This document shows positions 54,178 through 63,157 of a DNA stretch of 64,000 nucleotides, in pieces. Within the stretch, counting starts at the first letter, position 1, and every line of letters starts with the position of its first letter. This DNA comes from Candidatus Woesearchaeota archaeon. Lineage in GTDB: Archaea > Nanobdellota > Nanobdellia > Woesearchaeales > SM23-78. Location: positions 115,969 through 179,968 of the forward strand of contig JAFGDD010000018.1 of the NCBI GenBank assembly GCA_016932315.1, written 5' to 3'. The position numbers were made by a program, and so were the translations under genes. The notes below the pieces were generated by a model. That model ran no database searches. It was given only the letters and a program-made list of their open reading frames with translations, and was not told the DNA's origin.

Positions 54178-55158
54178 TCAGCTCTTTTTCAGAATGTTTT
54201 TGAATCCCGGAGTCCACTCATCTGTTATCATGAGGACTGAATCAACGCTCCTGATTATGTAGGGAAATTCCTTTTTTATGCTTTCAATTATATTATAATA
54301 TTCTTGATAATTGGTTACCACCAGTTCAGGCTCTAGCTGCCAGATGTTTCTGATGTAATAATGGACGTTAGGGAGGTTGGATATGAATTCAAGCAGCTTT
54401 GTCTCATCTTCTTTTGTGTAGCGGTCCAACTTAATTATTGCTTTATAGAGTTCCAGGCCGAGCTTGTTCAGGTCAATTCCTATCCTGTATTGTATGATTA
54501 CTCCTTTCTGCTCCATCCTCTTGAGCTTTCCCCTGACTATTGTGGCTGTTGATTTTACTTTTTCAGCAAGCTCGTTTATTGGTATTCTGCCGTTGTTAAC
54601 GATTTCACCCAGTACTGCATAATCTAGCTCGTCAAGCTCATTGTTCACTATTTCGCCTGCGAACATGGTTGGCGGTACTATCTGGTTGGTGAAGTACATT
54701 TTGCAGTATTGCTTGACATCAATAAGGCTGTCTCCGTATTCTTCAAGTATGATTTTCTGGAAGGTTGATATGAGGTCGTTTTTTAACTTGAAGAATTCGT
54801 GATCTGTTTTTGCAAAGAAGCCAAATATTAAATCCCATGAGCCAGAGCACTCGCCCATCCAGTAGACCAAGCCGGAGTTCTTGAGATATTCGAATAATTT
54901 CTTTTTTTCCTCAGGAATATTTCTTAGCTTAAGATAAATCTTGTAGAGCTTGTAGCCCATCTTGTGAGGGTTGAATGATGCATTGAAGCTGGTGATTACC
55001 CCTTTCTTTACCAATTGGTTGATTCTGTATTCCACGGCTTGCCTTGATTTCATAACCTTCTTTGCAAGAACAGTTGTTGGTATCCTGCAGTCTCTGTCAA
55101 GTTCTGTCAGGATTTTCCTGTCTGTCTTATCAAGCTTAATCTTAGATATTTCAACCAT
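54178..55158 (-). CDS. Tandem (duplicated) Lrp/AsnC-family transcription regulator
   Basis: 326 aa with two HTH-plus-RAM-like halves: KLDKTDRKILTELDRDCRIPTTVLAKKVMKSRQAVEYRINQLVKKGVI and LDELDYAVLGEIVNNGRIPINELAEKVKSTATIVRGKLKRMEQKGVI. Confidence 0.75.
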   Translation of the reverse strand: MVEISKIKLDKTDRKILTELDRDCRIPTTVLAKKVMKSRQAVEYRINQLVKKGVITSFNASFNPHKMGYKLYKIYLKLRNIPEEKKKLFEYLKNSGLVYWMGECSGSWDLIFGFFAKTDHEFFKLKNDLISTFQKIILEEYGDSLIDVKQYCKMYFTNQIVPPTMFAGEIVNNELDELDYAVLGEIVNNGRIPINELAEKVKSTATIVRGKLKRMEQKGVIIQYRIGIDLNKLGLELYKAIIKLDRYTKEDETKLLEFISNLPNVHYYIRNIWQLEPELVVTNYQEYYNIIESIKKEFPYIIRSVDSVLMITDEWTPGFKNILKKS

Positions 55159-55292
55159 AAAGTGAGCATAAGTGATATTTAGTATATAAATTTTATTATT
55201 TATGCTTAATTTTTAATAGAAAGTTTGATATATATGAAACCACTAATAAGAGGTAACAAAATAAAGATAGCTTGCAAAAAGAGGCGATTAAC

Positions 55293-56627
55293 ATGTCAAA
55301 ACAAAAACTAGAACAAAAAATTCCAGCAACATTTAAAGACAGAGTGTATGGTGGCTGGGTTAACGGTGTCAAAGGATGGCATATACATGATGCAACACCA
55401 GGATTATATACTCTTGACATTGAGCACGTCCCTGATGAAATAGTATTCGCTCACAACGACTTGGCTAACTCAGTAACTATTGCATCAAAATACAGAACTG
55501 ACTTATGCGTTCACAAATGCCCATTTTGCTTCAACGAAGAAAGCATGGTTTACTCACAGTTCAAAAAAGATTTAGAAGGAAAGCTCACTACTGATAGTGA
55601 GGGAGATCCTTCTTTGAACAGAATATTAACTCTTGAAGACACATTGAAAGTTATAGACCAAGCAATCGATATTGCACATAAAGAAGGGCATGACTTCAGG
55701 AGCGTAAAATTCCTTGGCCCAGGAGAACTTCTTATGAACCCGGACTTGTTTAGAATAATTGAGGCCTACGCTGAAAGAGGCATCCAGCTAAACATATTTA
55801 CAAAAGGAGCTTTGCTTGGAAGCGACGAACTGGCAATGAAATATCATGGGATGAGCGCCAAAGAGCTTGTTGACAAGCTTGCAGGCTACAAAAACGTTGG
55901 CTTGCTATTTTCATTCCAAACATTCAAGGATGACCTTGCCGATGCCTTGGTGTCAAGTAAATCAAAGGATGGCGAAATAATTGGATTGCAAGGCTACTCT
56001 GCAATCAGAGATAAGGCTTTGGAACACGTCTTTGATTCAAAGTTTTATAATGATGGAATGACTGATAGAGTATGCATAATAAACGCTCCAATAGTTCCAG
56101 AAAACATAGGTGAGTCATTTGAGATATACAAGTTCTTCGTTGAAAGAGGAACTCCAGTAGTCATGACTCCATCAATGCTGAGCGGAAAAGGATGTGGCCA
56201 GGTTAAAAAACAAAACGAACAGATTGGCGAAAAGGAGTGGCAGGATAAGCTGGTTGAGCTTTACGCTCGAATATATGCTTTAAACGTGAAGATGGGAATA
56301 CAAACTGATGAGCAGATAAGGCGGGAGGGAATAGCATCTTACGTGGGCGCTGAACCTTGTAACCAGGTCGCAACGGGATTGTACATAAGGGCAAACGGCC
56401 TTGTCCAGATGTGCCCTGGAAGGTTTGACAAAGAAACCGTCTTTGCTAACGTTCAAGAAGTACCATTAAATGAAATATGGGACCAATCATCAAACAAAGC
56501 ATTAGGCTTGGCTAACCCGCAAAAGTTAGTTAACAACAGGTGCCCTGCAAAAGACGGATTAGCATTCCCCGCCGACTTCTACGAGCGGGTAATGCAGAGA
56601 TACACAGAGTTGATTTCGGAAAGGTGA
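55293..56627 (+). CDS. Radical SAM enzyme with a SPASM/twitch-like C-terminal Cys region
   Basis: CVHKCPFC (CxxxCxxC) at 55506-55529. FLGPGELLMNPD is a GGE-like motif. The C-terminus reads CNQVATGLYIRANGLVQMCPG...PLNEIWD...RCP. The track start at 55272 is TTG; the ATG is at 55293. Confidence 0.75.
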   Translation: MSKQKLEQKIPATFKDRVYGGWVNGVKGWHIHDATPGLYTLDIEHVPDEIVFAHNDLANSVTIASKYRTDLCVHKCPFCFNEESMVYSQFKKDLEGKLTTDSEGDPSLNRILTLEDTLKVIDQAIDIAHKEGHDFRSVKFLGPGELLMNPDLFRIIEAYAERGIQLNIFTKGALLGSDELAMKYHGMSAKELVDKLAGYKNVGLLFSFQTFKDDLADALVSSKSKDGEIIGLQGYSAIRDKALEHVFDSKFYNDGMTDRVCIINAPIVPENIGESFEIYKFFVERGTPVVMTPSMLSGKGCGQVKKQNEQIGEKEWQDKLVELYARIYALNVKMGIQTDEQIRREGIASYVGAEPCNQVATGLYIRANGLVQMCPGRFDKETVFANVQEVPLNEIWDQSSNKALGLANPQKLVNNRCPAKDGLAFPADFYERVMQRYTELISER

Positions 56628-56632
56628 TAAAA

Positions 56633-57592
56633 ATGGAAAAAATGAAGCTTCATGGAATTGAAGACATAACTGATGAGAAAACCGCGCCTTTGGTTTTTAT
56701 CGGGCTGGAATCATCAAGATTATGCCCTCTGAAATGCCTGTACTGTTTTGAATACGCAGGCACTCCTGATGAAAAAGAGCTTTCCTTAGATGAGAGGATA
56801 AGCATTCTTAATCAGGCAAGAGCTCTCGGTGCAAAAACAATGGTAGTCACTGGCGCCGGCGAACCGCTAGTCGATCCACTAATGAAAGATGTAATTGAAC
56901 ATGCACATCAAATTGGCTTGGCAAGCTTTATTTACACTTGCGGGTGGAATATTGATCTGGCTTTGGCCAGATTTTTGTATGAACACGATGTAAGTTTGGC
57001 GGTTAAATTGGAATCCCTGAACCCGGAAACGCACGATTTTATTACCGGGAGGGTTGGATCTCATAAAAGAGCTTTGCGTTCAATAGCTAACTTGTTGGAG
57101 GCTGGTTATTCGACAAATGTTAAGCAGCCTGACGGTAGTGTTTTAACCAGGCTTGAGATAGCAACCCTTGTTCTCAAGCAGAATTATATTGAGATTCCCG
57201 CCATTGCAAGATGGGTTGCTGGTAAGGGGATTAAATACGGTGTTGATGAGCTTGGCCTTTTTGGAAAAGCAAGAGATAATGCTTTGCTTATCGATCCAAC
57301 AAGCGAACAGTACCGAGAGGTTATGGGGAAGGTGACCCAGGAGAGCCTAAGCAAAAAAGGAGAAGCTTGCAAGCTATGGAGATACGGAATCATCATCAAT
57401 AACATAGGCGAAGCAAAATTCTGTGCTGAGATAGCCGCGGAAACAGCACCCATAGGAAGCATAAGGGAACTAAGTTTGAAGGAGCTATTAAAAATAAAAA
57501 ATTCAAAATATGCTGCAAGAGCCACGGCATGCGGAAGCTGCATCCTAAAGATAGAGGCACGTGAGCAAGTATATGGAAAAAAGATAGAATGA
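56633..57592 (+). CDS. Radical SAM enzyme (second, paralog-like) with a C-terminal Cys region
   Basis: CPLKCLYC at 56723-56746, plus VVTGAGEPLVDP. The C-terminus reads CKLWRYGIIINNIGEAKFCAE...CGSC. GGTGA lies 8 nt upstream of the ATG at 56633. The track start at 56540 overlaps the previous gene. Confidence 0.75.
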   Translation: MEKMKLHGIEDITDEKTAPLVFIGLESSRLCPLKCLYCFEYAGTPDEKELSLDERISILNQARALGAKTMVVTGAGEPLVDPLMKDVIEHAHQIGLASFIYTCGWNIDLALARFLYEHDVSLAVKLESLNPETHDFITGRVGSHKRALRSIANLLEAGYSTNVKQPDGSVLTRLEIATLVLKQNYIEIPAIARWVAGKGIKYGVDELGLFGKARDNALLIDPTSEQYREVMGKVTQESLSKKGEACKLWRYGIIINNIGEAKFCAEIAAETAPIGSIRELSLKELLKIKNSKYAARATACGSCILKIEAREQVYGKKIE

Positions 57593-57631
57593 AATAAGAA
57601 CATCGCAGTACGCTGAGAAAGGTGAAGTTAG

Positions 57632-58060
57632 ATGGAAGAAAAAGATGAAAAGAAAACTTTGGAAATATTGATAGGAGATGATTTATTCGATAACCCGAGT
57701 AGTTTGTATCTTTTTGAGCGCGTGTATGGCCTGAAGCTAAAAGAGGGACTAAGAGAATATGATGTTAGATTAACCTTGGAAACAATGCCTGCCAGAATGA
57801 TTGCTGAAGCTGCAAAATATGATGTTGTAGTTACTGACCTGGACTACACAGGTGATGGCTCTGGTAAGCAAGGCTATGAAGTAATTGATTCTGTCTGCAA
57901 ATTAAATCCAAGACCATTACTGATATTATGCACGTCTTGCGATGATCAAAAGGAGATTTCAGAAAGAACTCAAGGAAAAATAGATTATCATGCCGGAACC
58001 GGAGTAGACCATAAATTTAATCAGTTAATCGATTTTTTGATAGCGCATTATAAAAAATAA
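57632..58060 (+). CDS. Stand-alone receiver (REC/CheY)-like domain protein, divergent
   Basis: 142 aa. EILIGDD (beta1 acidic pair), YDVVVTDLDY (candidate phospho-Asp) and PLLILCTS (beta4 Thr/Ser) fall in the REC order. The insert between beta1 and beta3 is longer than usual. Confidence 0.45.
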   Translation: MEEKDEKKTLEILIGDDLFDNPSSLYLFERVYGLKLKEGLREYDVRLTLETMPARMIAEAAKYDVVVTDLDYTGDGSGKQGYEVIDSVCKLNPRPLLILCTSCDDQKEISERTQGKIDYHAGTGVDHKFNQLIDFLIAHYKK

Positions 58061-58112
58061 GAATATTTAACATTATCAACTCAGTGATTATTTAAACTAT
58101 TTTTTTATTTTC

Positions 58113-59447
58113 TTAATTCAAGAAACTTTCTTTCTCGCTTCTCTCTGATATTTCGCCGCGCAGGTTTTTCTCAAAGAGCTCTTTTATCTTTTCCTTTCCT
58201 TCCTTTTCATAGTTTGAAAGCAGCCATGCGAGCTTGATGAAGGCTGTCTCTGGCGTCATGTCTGTGTAATTGCCTATTACTCCTGCTTCGAGCAATTGCT
58301 TTCCCGGGGTGTAGACGTTCATGTTTATCCTGCCGTAAATGGTCTGCGGAGCTACTGCAACAGGCATCTTCTTTGCAAGTTCTGCTATGGCTTTTATTAT
58401 GTGCTCGTTCTCTTCGGTAAATTCATCTACTTTCATGCTTGGAACATGTCCTATTCCCAGAAGTTCTATTATTAAGCCGTCAAAGTCTTTGTACGCAAGT
58501 ATTTCAGAAGCAAACATGTGTATGTGAGGCTTGACTAGCCCTATCTTAAGTTTTTCATTGAATAATTTGAGGGTTAGTTTTTTCTTTTCTTTTTCCTTTT
58601 TATCCTTTTCATGCTTGTCGCTGGCTATGAAGTCTATTTTTTTCTTCTCAACATTAACTCGTGCAATAGGGAGCGCATTTATTGGCCTGAAAGCATCTCT
58701 TCTGCTGGTGTGCATCTTCCTTGTCTTGCACGCTGGGAGTATCAAGCAGTTTTCGTCTGCAGTTTTTTCATGCATGCAAATAGCTACTCCTGAGAATTCT
58801 GAGTTTGCTATGAACTCTGCTGCTGCTAATAGGTTTTGTGATGCATCAGTGCTTCCTCGGTCGCTGCTTCTCTGGCTGCCTACCAGTATTACAGGTATGC
58901 CTATGCTTTCTAGCGCGAATGAAAGTGCTGCTGCTGTGTAGTGCAATGTGTCTGTTCCGTGCGTCAATATAACGCCGTCAACTCCTTTCTTTGCTTCTTC
59001 CTCAACTGCTTTTGCCATGATATTGTAATGTGCGAGCCTTATCATTTCTGACTGCATGTTCCTTATCAGTCTGCTGGTTATGTTGGCTGTCTGCTTTAGC
59101 TCAGGGAATAATTTGATGATTTCTTCCTCTGTGAATTGGGCTATAACTGCGCCTGTAGAATAATCCACTTTGCTGGCTATGGTCCCGCCGGTGTGCAGTA
59201 TTGCAATTGTAGGAAGCTTTGAGTTAGGCTTTTCTTTTGCTTCCTTGTCTTTCAGCTCTTTTTCTTCCTTTCCTTCTTCTTTTGTCATACCAAGGCTTTT
59301 CTGCTCCTTAATATTCCTCTTTGCAATGCCGATATTGTAGCCGTTGCTCAGCTTTATGATTAAGAAATCCTTTTCTTCCTTGATGAACACTCCCTTAAAC
59401 TGCTGGGATGCTGTTACTATATCTACTTTTTCTCCTTGTTTGAACAT
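58113..59447 (-). CDS. gatD: Glu-tRNA(Gln) amidotransferase subunit D (asparaginase-like)
   Basis: 444 aa. IAILHTGGTIASKVDYSTGAV and LTHGTDTLHYTAAALSF are asparaginase-type motifs. A GatD-type N-terminal domain is present. Confidence 0.85.
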   Translation of the reverse strand: MFKQGEKVDIVTASQQFKGVFIKEEKDFLIIKLSNGYNIGIAKRNIKEQKSLGMTKEEGKEEKELKDKEAKEKPNSKLPTIAILHTGGTIASKVDYSTGAVIAQFTEEEIIKLFPELKQTANITSRLIRNMQSEMIRLAHYNIMAKAVEEEAKKGVDGVILTHGTDTLHYTAAALSFALESIGIPVILVGSQRSSDRGSTDASQNLLAAAEFIANSEFSGVAICMHEKTADENCLILPACKTRKMHTSRRDAFRPINALPIARVNVEKKKIDFIASDKHEKDKKEKEKKKLTLKLFNEKLKIGLVKPHIHMFASEILAYKDFDGLIIELLGIGHVPSMKVDEFTEENEHIIKAIAELAKKMPVAVAPQTIYGRINMNVYTPGKQLLEAGVIGNYTDMTPETAFIKLAWLLSNYEKEGKEKIKELFEKNLRGEISERSEKESFLN

Positions 59448-59467
59448 TTTAAAAATAAATTATATTT

Positions 59468-59668
59468 TTACTTCTTTTTTTTCTTTAATGCTTTTTTCTC
59501 AAGAGCTACGGCTTCTTTCTTAATCTTTGCAGCTTGATCCTTTAAGAACTTGACAGCTTTCTTGTCATAACCTTTCTCATGCATTTTCTTTGCTGCATAA
59601 ATCGCCCCTGCTATGGCTGCCGCTGCTGCTGCTACTCCCACTATTACCTTGGTCTTCTTGCTTGCCAT
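59468..59668 (-). CDS. Small Lys-rich protein with one Ala/Gly-rich hydrophobic helix
   Basis: 66 aa: MASKKTKVIVGVAAAAAAIAGAIYAAKK...KKKKK. Confidence 0.4.
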   Translation of the reverse strand: MASKKTKVIVGVAAAAAAIAGAIYAAKKMHEKGYDKKAVKFLKDQAAKIKKEAVALEKKALKKKKK

Positions 59669-59923
59669 GTTGTTTCACCTCTGAACTATCAGTTTATAAT
59701 TCTTTCCTGGAGTTAGTATTATATAAATTTTGTTGTTGGGATAGAAAAATAGTTAATAGAAAAATTAATAAAGGAGCGGGCTGAACCAAATCATAAAAAA
59801 TATTTTCAGTTCGAGGAGAATGAGGTGACTGTTGATGGAAGAGGACTGGAGCGGCGTTGAGTACAACGATGATTTTGACGGCGATGATTCTGATGACGGC
59901 GATGATTCTGGAAATGATGATAA

Positions 59924-60325
59924 TTATAATTGAGAATTAAATAACAGATCAACAATCCAGATTATTTTTTTCTGAGTTAAATCCTCTGGAACATTATTGA
60001 AATTGTATATTCTCTTGAGAACTGCCTCAAGCTTTTCAGGAAGAACATATTCATAAGGCGTTGTCTCTGATATTAGTTTTGACAAAGGTTTTGAAATGTC
60101 CTTGGATGATTGGACTCGCGCGATTCTTTTCCTTGATTTATCCTCGCAATGCCAATTTGGACTCCAAAGGTATTTTTCTATCAAGTCGCATATGTTGCTG
60201 TTCTTTTTTATTTCCCATCTGACAACTGCAAAAGCCTTTGCGCCTGTTTTAGGATTTGCTTTGTATTTGGTTGCACTAAAATACGGGTATAGAACGTAGT
60301 CTGCGCTATCAAACTCATTAGTCAT
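59924..60325 (-). CDS. Hypothetical protein
   Basis: 133-aa ORF with no recognisable motifs. Confidence 0.4.
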   Translation of the reverse strand: MTNEFDSADYVLYPYFSATKYKANPKTGAKAFAVVRWEIKKNSNICDLIEKYLWSPNWHCEDKSRKRIARVQSSKDISKPLSKLISETTPYEYVLPEKLEAVLKRIYNFNNVPEDLTQKKIIWIVDLLFNSQL

Positions 60326-60429
60326 GATATCACCTAAGACGAGGAAATGAGGCTATTTATTTAAATCTTTTCCTTGGTGACTACTGAAGAATTAGAAAGA
60401 ATGAAGAGACGGCGAATTGATTGCCAGAT

Positions 60430-62988
60430 TTAACCGTAGTATGAGGGACGCTGATCTTTCATTTCCTTGCCTCTTGCTGCCCTGAACATGTTCTGCAATT
60501 CCTCATAGGCTTCTGCGACGTCTTTTGTGGCTGAAGGCTTGACTTTCTCCATGGCTTTCTCAAAGTGCTTGAGCTTTATTGTTTTTGCTTTCATGTCTTC
60601 TCGCAACGCAAAAATGGCTGCTTCCCTGCAAACTGCTTCAATGTCTGCGCCGACGTATCCATCTGTTTTCTCAATGAGCTGGCTGACGTCAATCTCCTTG
60701 TCAAGAGGCATGCCTTTGGTGTGAACCTTGAAAATCTCTTTTCTGGTCTTAACATCAGGCACAGGCGCGAGTATAATCCTGTCAAATCTTCCTGGTCTGA
60801 GGAGTGCTGTGTCCATGATGTCTGGTCTGTTAGTCGCTCCTATAATGACGATGTCGTTTAGTTCTTGCAAGCCATCCATCTCTGTTAACAACTGGTTGAC
60901 TACTCTTTCTGTTACGTGGCTGTCGTCTCCTCCTCCACCCATGCCTCTTCTTGGCGCTATGGAGTCTATTTCATCGAAGAATATTATTGTCGGGCTGGCT
61001 TGCCTTGCTTTCTTGAAGACTTCACGAACTGCTTTTTCGCTCTCACCAACCCATTTGCTAAGCATCTCAGGTCCTTTAACTAGGATGAAGTTCGCTGCTG
61101 ATTCATTAGCCACTGCTTTTGCCAGCATTGTCTTTCCTGTTCCTGGCGCTCCGTAAAGAAGAACTCCCTTTGGCGGCTTGACTCCCATTCTCTTGAAATC
61201 ATTCTTGAACTTGAGAGGCCACTCAACAGCTTCAATAAGCTCCTGCTTGACATTATCAAGTCCGCCGATATCTGTCCACTTGACATTAGGAATCTCAATG
61301 AGGACTTCACGCAATGCGCTTGGCCTCACAACTTTTAGAGCGTCTTTGAAATCTTCCTGCCCCAGAATCAGCTTATCAAGAATCTCTTGTGGTATTGGCT
61401 CTTTTTCCTTGAGTTGAGTGTCACCCAATACTCTTCTGAGAACAGTCATGGCTGCTTCCCTCGCAAGTGATGCTAAATCTGCTCCAACAAATCCGTGTGT
61501 GATGCTTGCTATCTTTGTGAGCATATCTTCCTTTAGAATGTTACCTATTTGCGTTTTTTCATTAGATGTAAGGATGGAATTATCTGTTCCAGTCATGCTT
61601 TTATGAAAATCTGCTTGCTTAATTTTAATAATCTTATCAAGAATTTTTTTCAGATTGTCCAACTCTGCTTTTTTCCCCTTAACAAGTGATTGTATTTCGT
61701 CATCGTTGCCATTTGATTTTGAAGATAATTGCATTAATTCCTGATTAAAGTTGTTAATTTTATGTTCTAAACCTAATCTTGCTTGTTCCAATTCATAATT
61801 AGGTTCAATAGGCATGTTTCTGGTGTGTATCTTTAGGATTGTTAACCTGCCAATCTCATTAGGCACTCCAATCTCTATCTCCCTGTCAAACCTTCCTGGT
61901 CTCCTGAGTGCAGGGTCTAAAACATTTGGTATGTTGGTCGCTGCTATTACTATGACTTTGCCTCTTGAATTCAGGCCGTCCATGATTGCGAGTAATTGGG
62001 CTACTACTCGTCTCTCAACTTCGCCCCTGCTCTCTTCTCTCTTTGGAGCAATTGCGTCTATCTCGTCTATGAATATGATGCTTGGAGCATTCTTTTCTGC
62101 TTCTTCGAATTTCTTTCTAAGATTTTCTTCTGATTGGCCGTAATACTTGCTCATTATCTCTGGTCCGTTTATGAGTATGAAGTTTGCATTAGTCTCATTA
62201 GCCACTGCTTTTGCTAAAAGAGTTTTTCCTGTTCCTGGGGGTCCGTGCAATAATACTCCTTTTGGCGCGTCAATTCCTAATCTCTCAAATATTTCAGGGT
62301 GCTTTAATGGGAGCTCTATCATCTCCCTGACTTTCTTTAATTCTTCATCAAGCCCTCCAATATCCTCATATGTGACATCCAAGGGCTTTTCTTCGCTAAC
62401 CTCAACAGCTTTTGGATTGAAGACAACGTCTGTGTTTTCTGTGATGAGCACTGCTTGTTTTGGCTCGCAATTAACAACCACAAACTTTAAGTCACCAAGG
62501 CCTAAGCCCATGGTAGTTTCATTCATCATGCTGAACATCTCGTCAAAGAAAGGGTGGCCGCTCATGGTGCTTCTTCTCCTCTGGGTCCCACCCAGAGAAA
62601 CAATATCTCCCTTGACAACTGGCCTTCCAAGAAGTCCTTGCTTGAAAACATCTGGGTTGGCTCTTACCATTAAGCCTTCCCTTGCAGGAGCAATGGTGAC
62701 GCTCTTGGCTTCCTTAACCTCTGCTTTTCTTATGATTACGAACTCTCCAATGCTTGTCTTGGCATTCCTCCTGATGAGAGGGTCTGTGCGGACTATGTTC
62801 AATCCCATGTCGCCTGGCAATGCCCTGTCAGCAATGCCCACAGTCTTCCTCTCACCCTGGATTTCTATGATGCTTCCTGGGCGCACATCTATCTGCTTCA
62901 AGAAGTCAGTACCAACCCTGACAATACCCTTATTAACATCTTCCTGGATGGCTTCAGCCACCTTTAACCTTATTTCAGCCTTTGGCAT
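60430..62988 (-). CDS. cdc48: CDC48/VAT-type double-ring AAA+ ATPase with a ~95-aa insertion in D1
   Basis: Two AAA modules are present: [15 protein letters not shown] / IIFIDEIDA and [15 protein letters not shown] / IIFFDEIDS. The N-domain reads [13 protein letters not shown]... The track start at 63066 reads into repeat copy 8; the ATG at 62988 is the likely start. Confidence 0.9.
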   Translation of the reverse strand: MPKAEIRLKVAEAIQEDVNKGIVRVGTDFLKQIDVRPGSIIEIQGERKTVGIADRALPGDMGLNIVRTDPLIRRNAKTSIGEFVIIRKAEVKEAKSVTIAPAREGLMVRANPDVFKQGLLGRPVVKGDIVSLGGTQRRRSTMSGHPFFDEMFSMMNETTMGLGLGDLKFVVVNCEPKQAVLITENTDVVFNPKAVEVSEEKPLDVTYEDIGGLDEELKKVREMIELPLKHPEIFERLGIDAPKGVLLHGPPGTGKTLLAKAVANETNANFILINGPEIMSKYYGQSEENLRKKFEEAEKNAPSIIFIDEIDAIAPKREESRGEVERRVVAQLLAIMDGLNSRGKVIVIAATNIPNVLDPALRRPGRFDREIEIGVPNEIGRLTILKIHTRNMPIEPNYELEQARLGLEHKINNFNQELMQLSSKSNGNDDEIQSLVKGKKAELDNLKKILDKIIKIKQADFHKSMTGTDNSILTSNEKTQIGNILKEDMLTKIASITHGFVGADLASLAREAAMTVLRRVLGDTQLKEKEPIPQEILDKLILGQEDFKDALKVVRPSALREVLIEIPNVKWTDIGGLDNVKQELIEAVEWPLKFKNDFKRMGVKPPKGVLLYGAPGTGKTMLAKAVANESAANFILVKGPEMLSKWVGESEKAVREVFKKARQASPTIIFFDEIDSIAPRRGMGGGGDDSHVTERVVNQLLTEMDGLQELNDIVIIGATNRPDIMDTALLRPGRFDRIILAPVPDVKTRKEIFKVHTKGMPLDKEIDVSQLIEKTDGYVGADIEAVCREAAIFALREDMKAKTIKLKHFEKAMEKVKPSATKDVAEAYEELQNMFRAARGKEMKDQRPSYYG

Positions 62989-63043
62989 TTTTAGAAGGTT
63001 AAAACTAAATGGTTTATATAGTTTTGGGTTGAAAGAAAAAGTC

Positions 63044-63145
63044 AAAAAGTCGCCGCCACCAGCCACTGCACCGCCGACTGAAAGTCAAGGTGCTTGGTGG
63101 CTCTGACGGGGGCTGCCCCATCCGGGGTGTCAGAGGCGACTTTTT
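63044..63145 (-). repeat. Structured palindromic repeat, copy 8
   Basis: On the minus strand: aaaaag-TCGCC-TCTGAC-ACCCCGGATGGGGCAGCCCCC-GTCAGA-GCCACCAAGCACC-ttgactttcagt-CGGCGGTGCAGTGGCTGGTGGC-GGCGAC-ttttt. Confidence 0.85.
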
Positions 63146-63157
63146 ATTTTTTAATAA

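Noticed and set aside
61520-61805. The CDC48 insertion as an intein or as a palindromic-repeat copy
   Set aside because: It has no intein splice motifs and lacks the CCCG..GGG..ACCCC core and the A/T-tract ends of the repeat family. Its composition is that of a K/E/N/L coiled-coil.
14768-63145. Could the repeated elements be a CRISPR array or CRISPR remnants?
   Set aside because: Copies are 5-18 kb apart, occur in both orientations and are 100-165 nt long with internal multi-hairpin structure. There are no regularly spaced short spacers and no cas genes.
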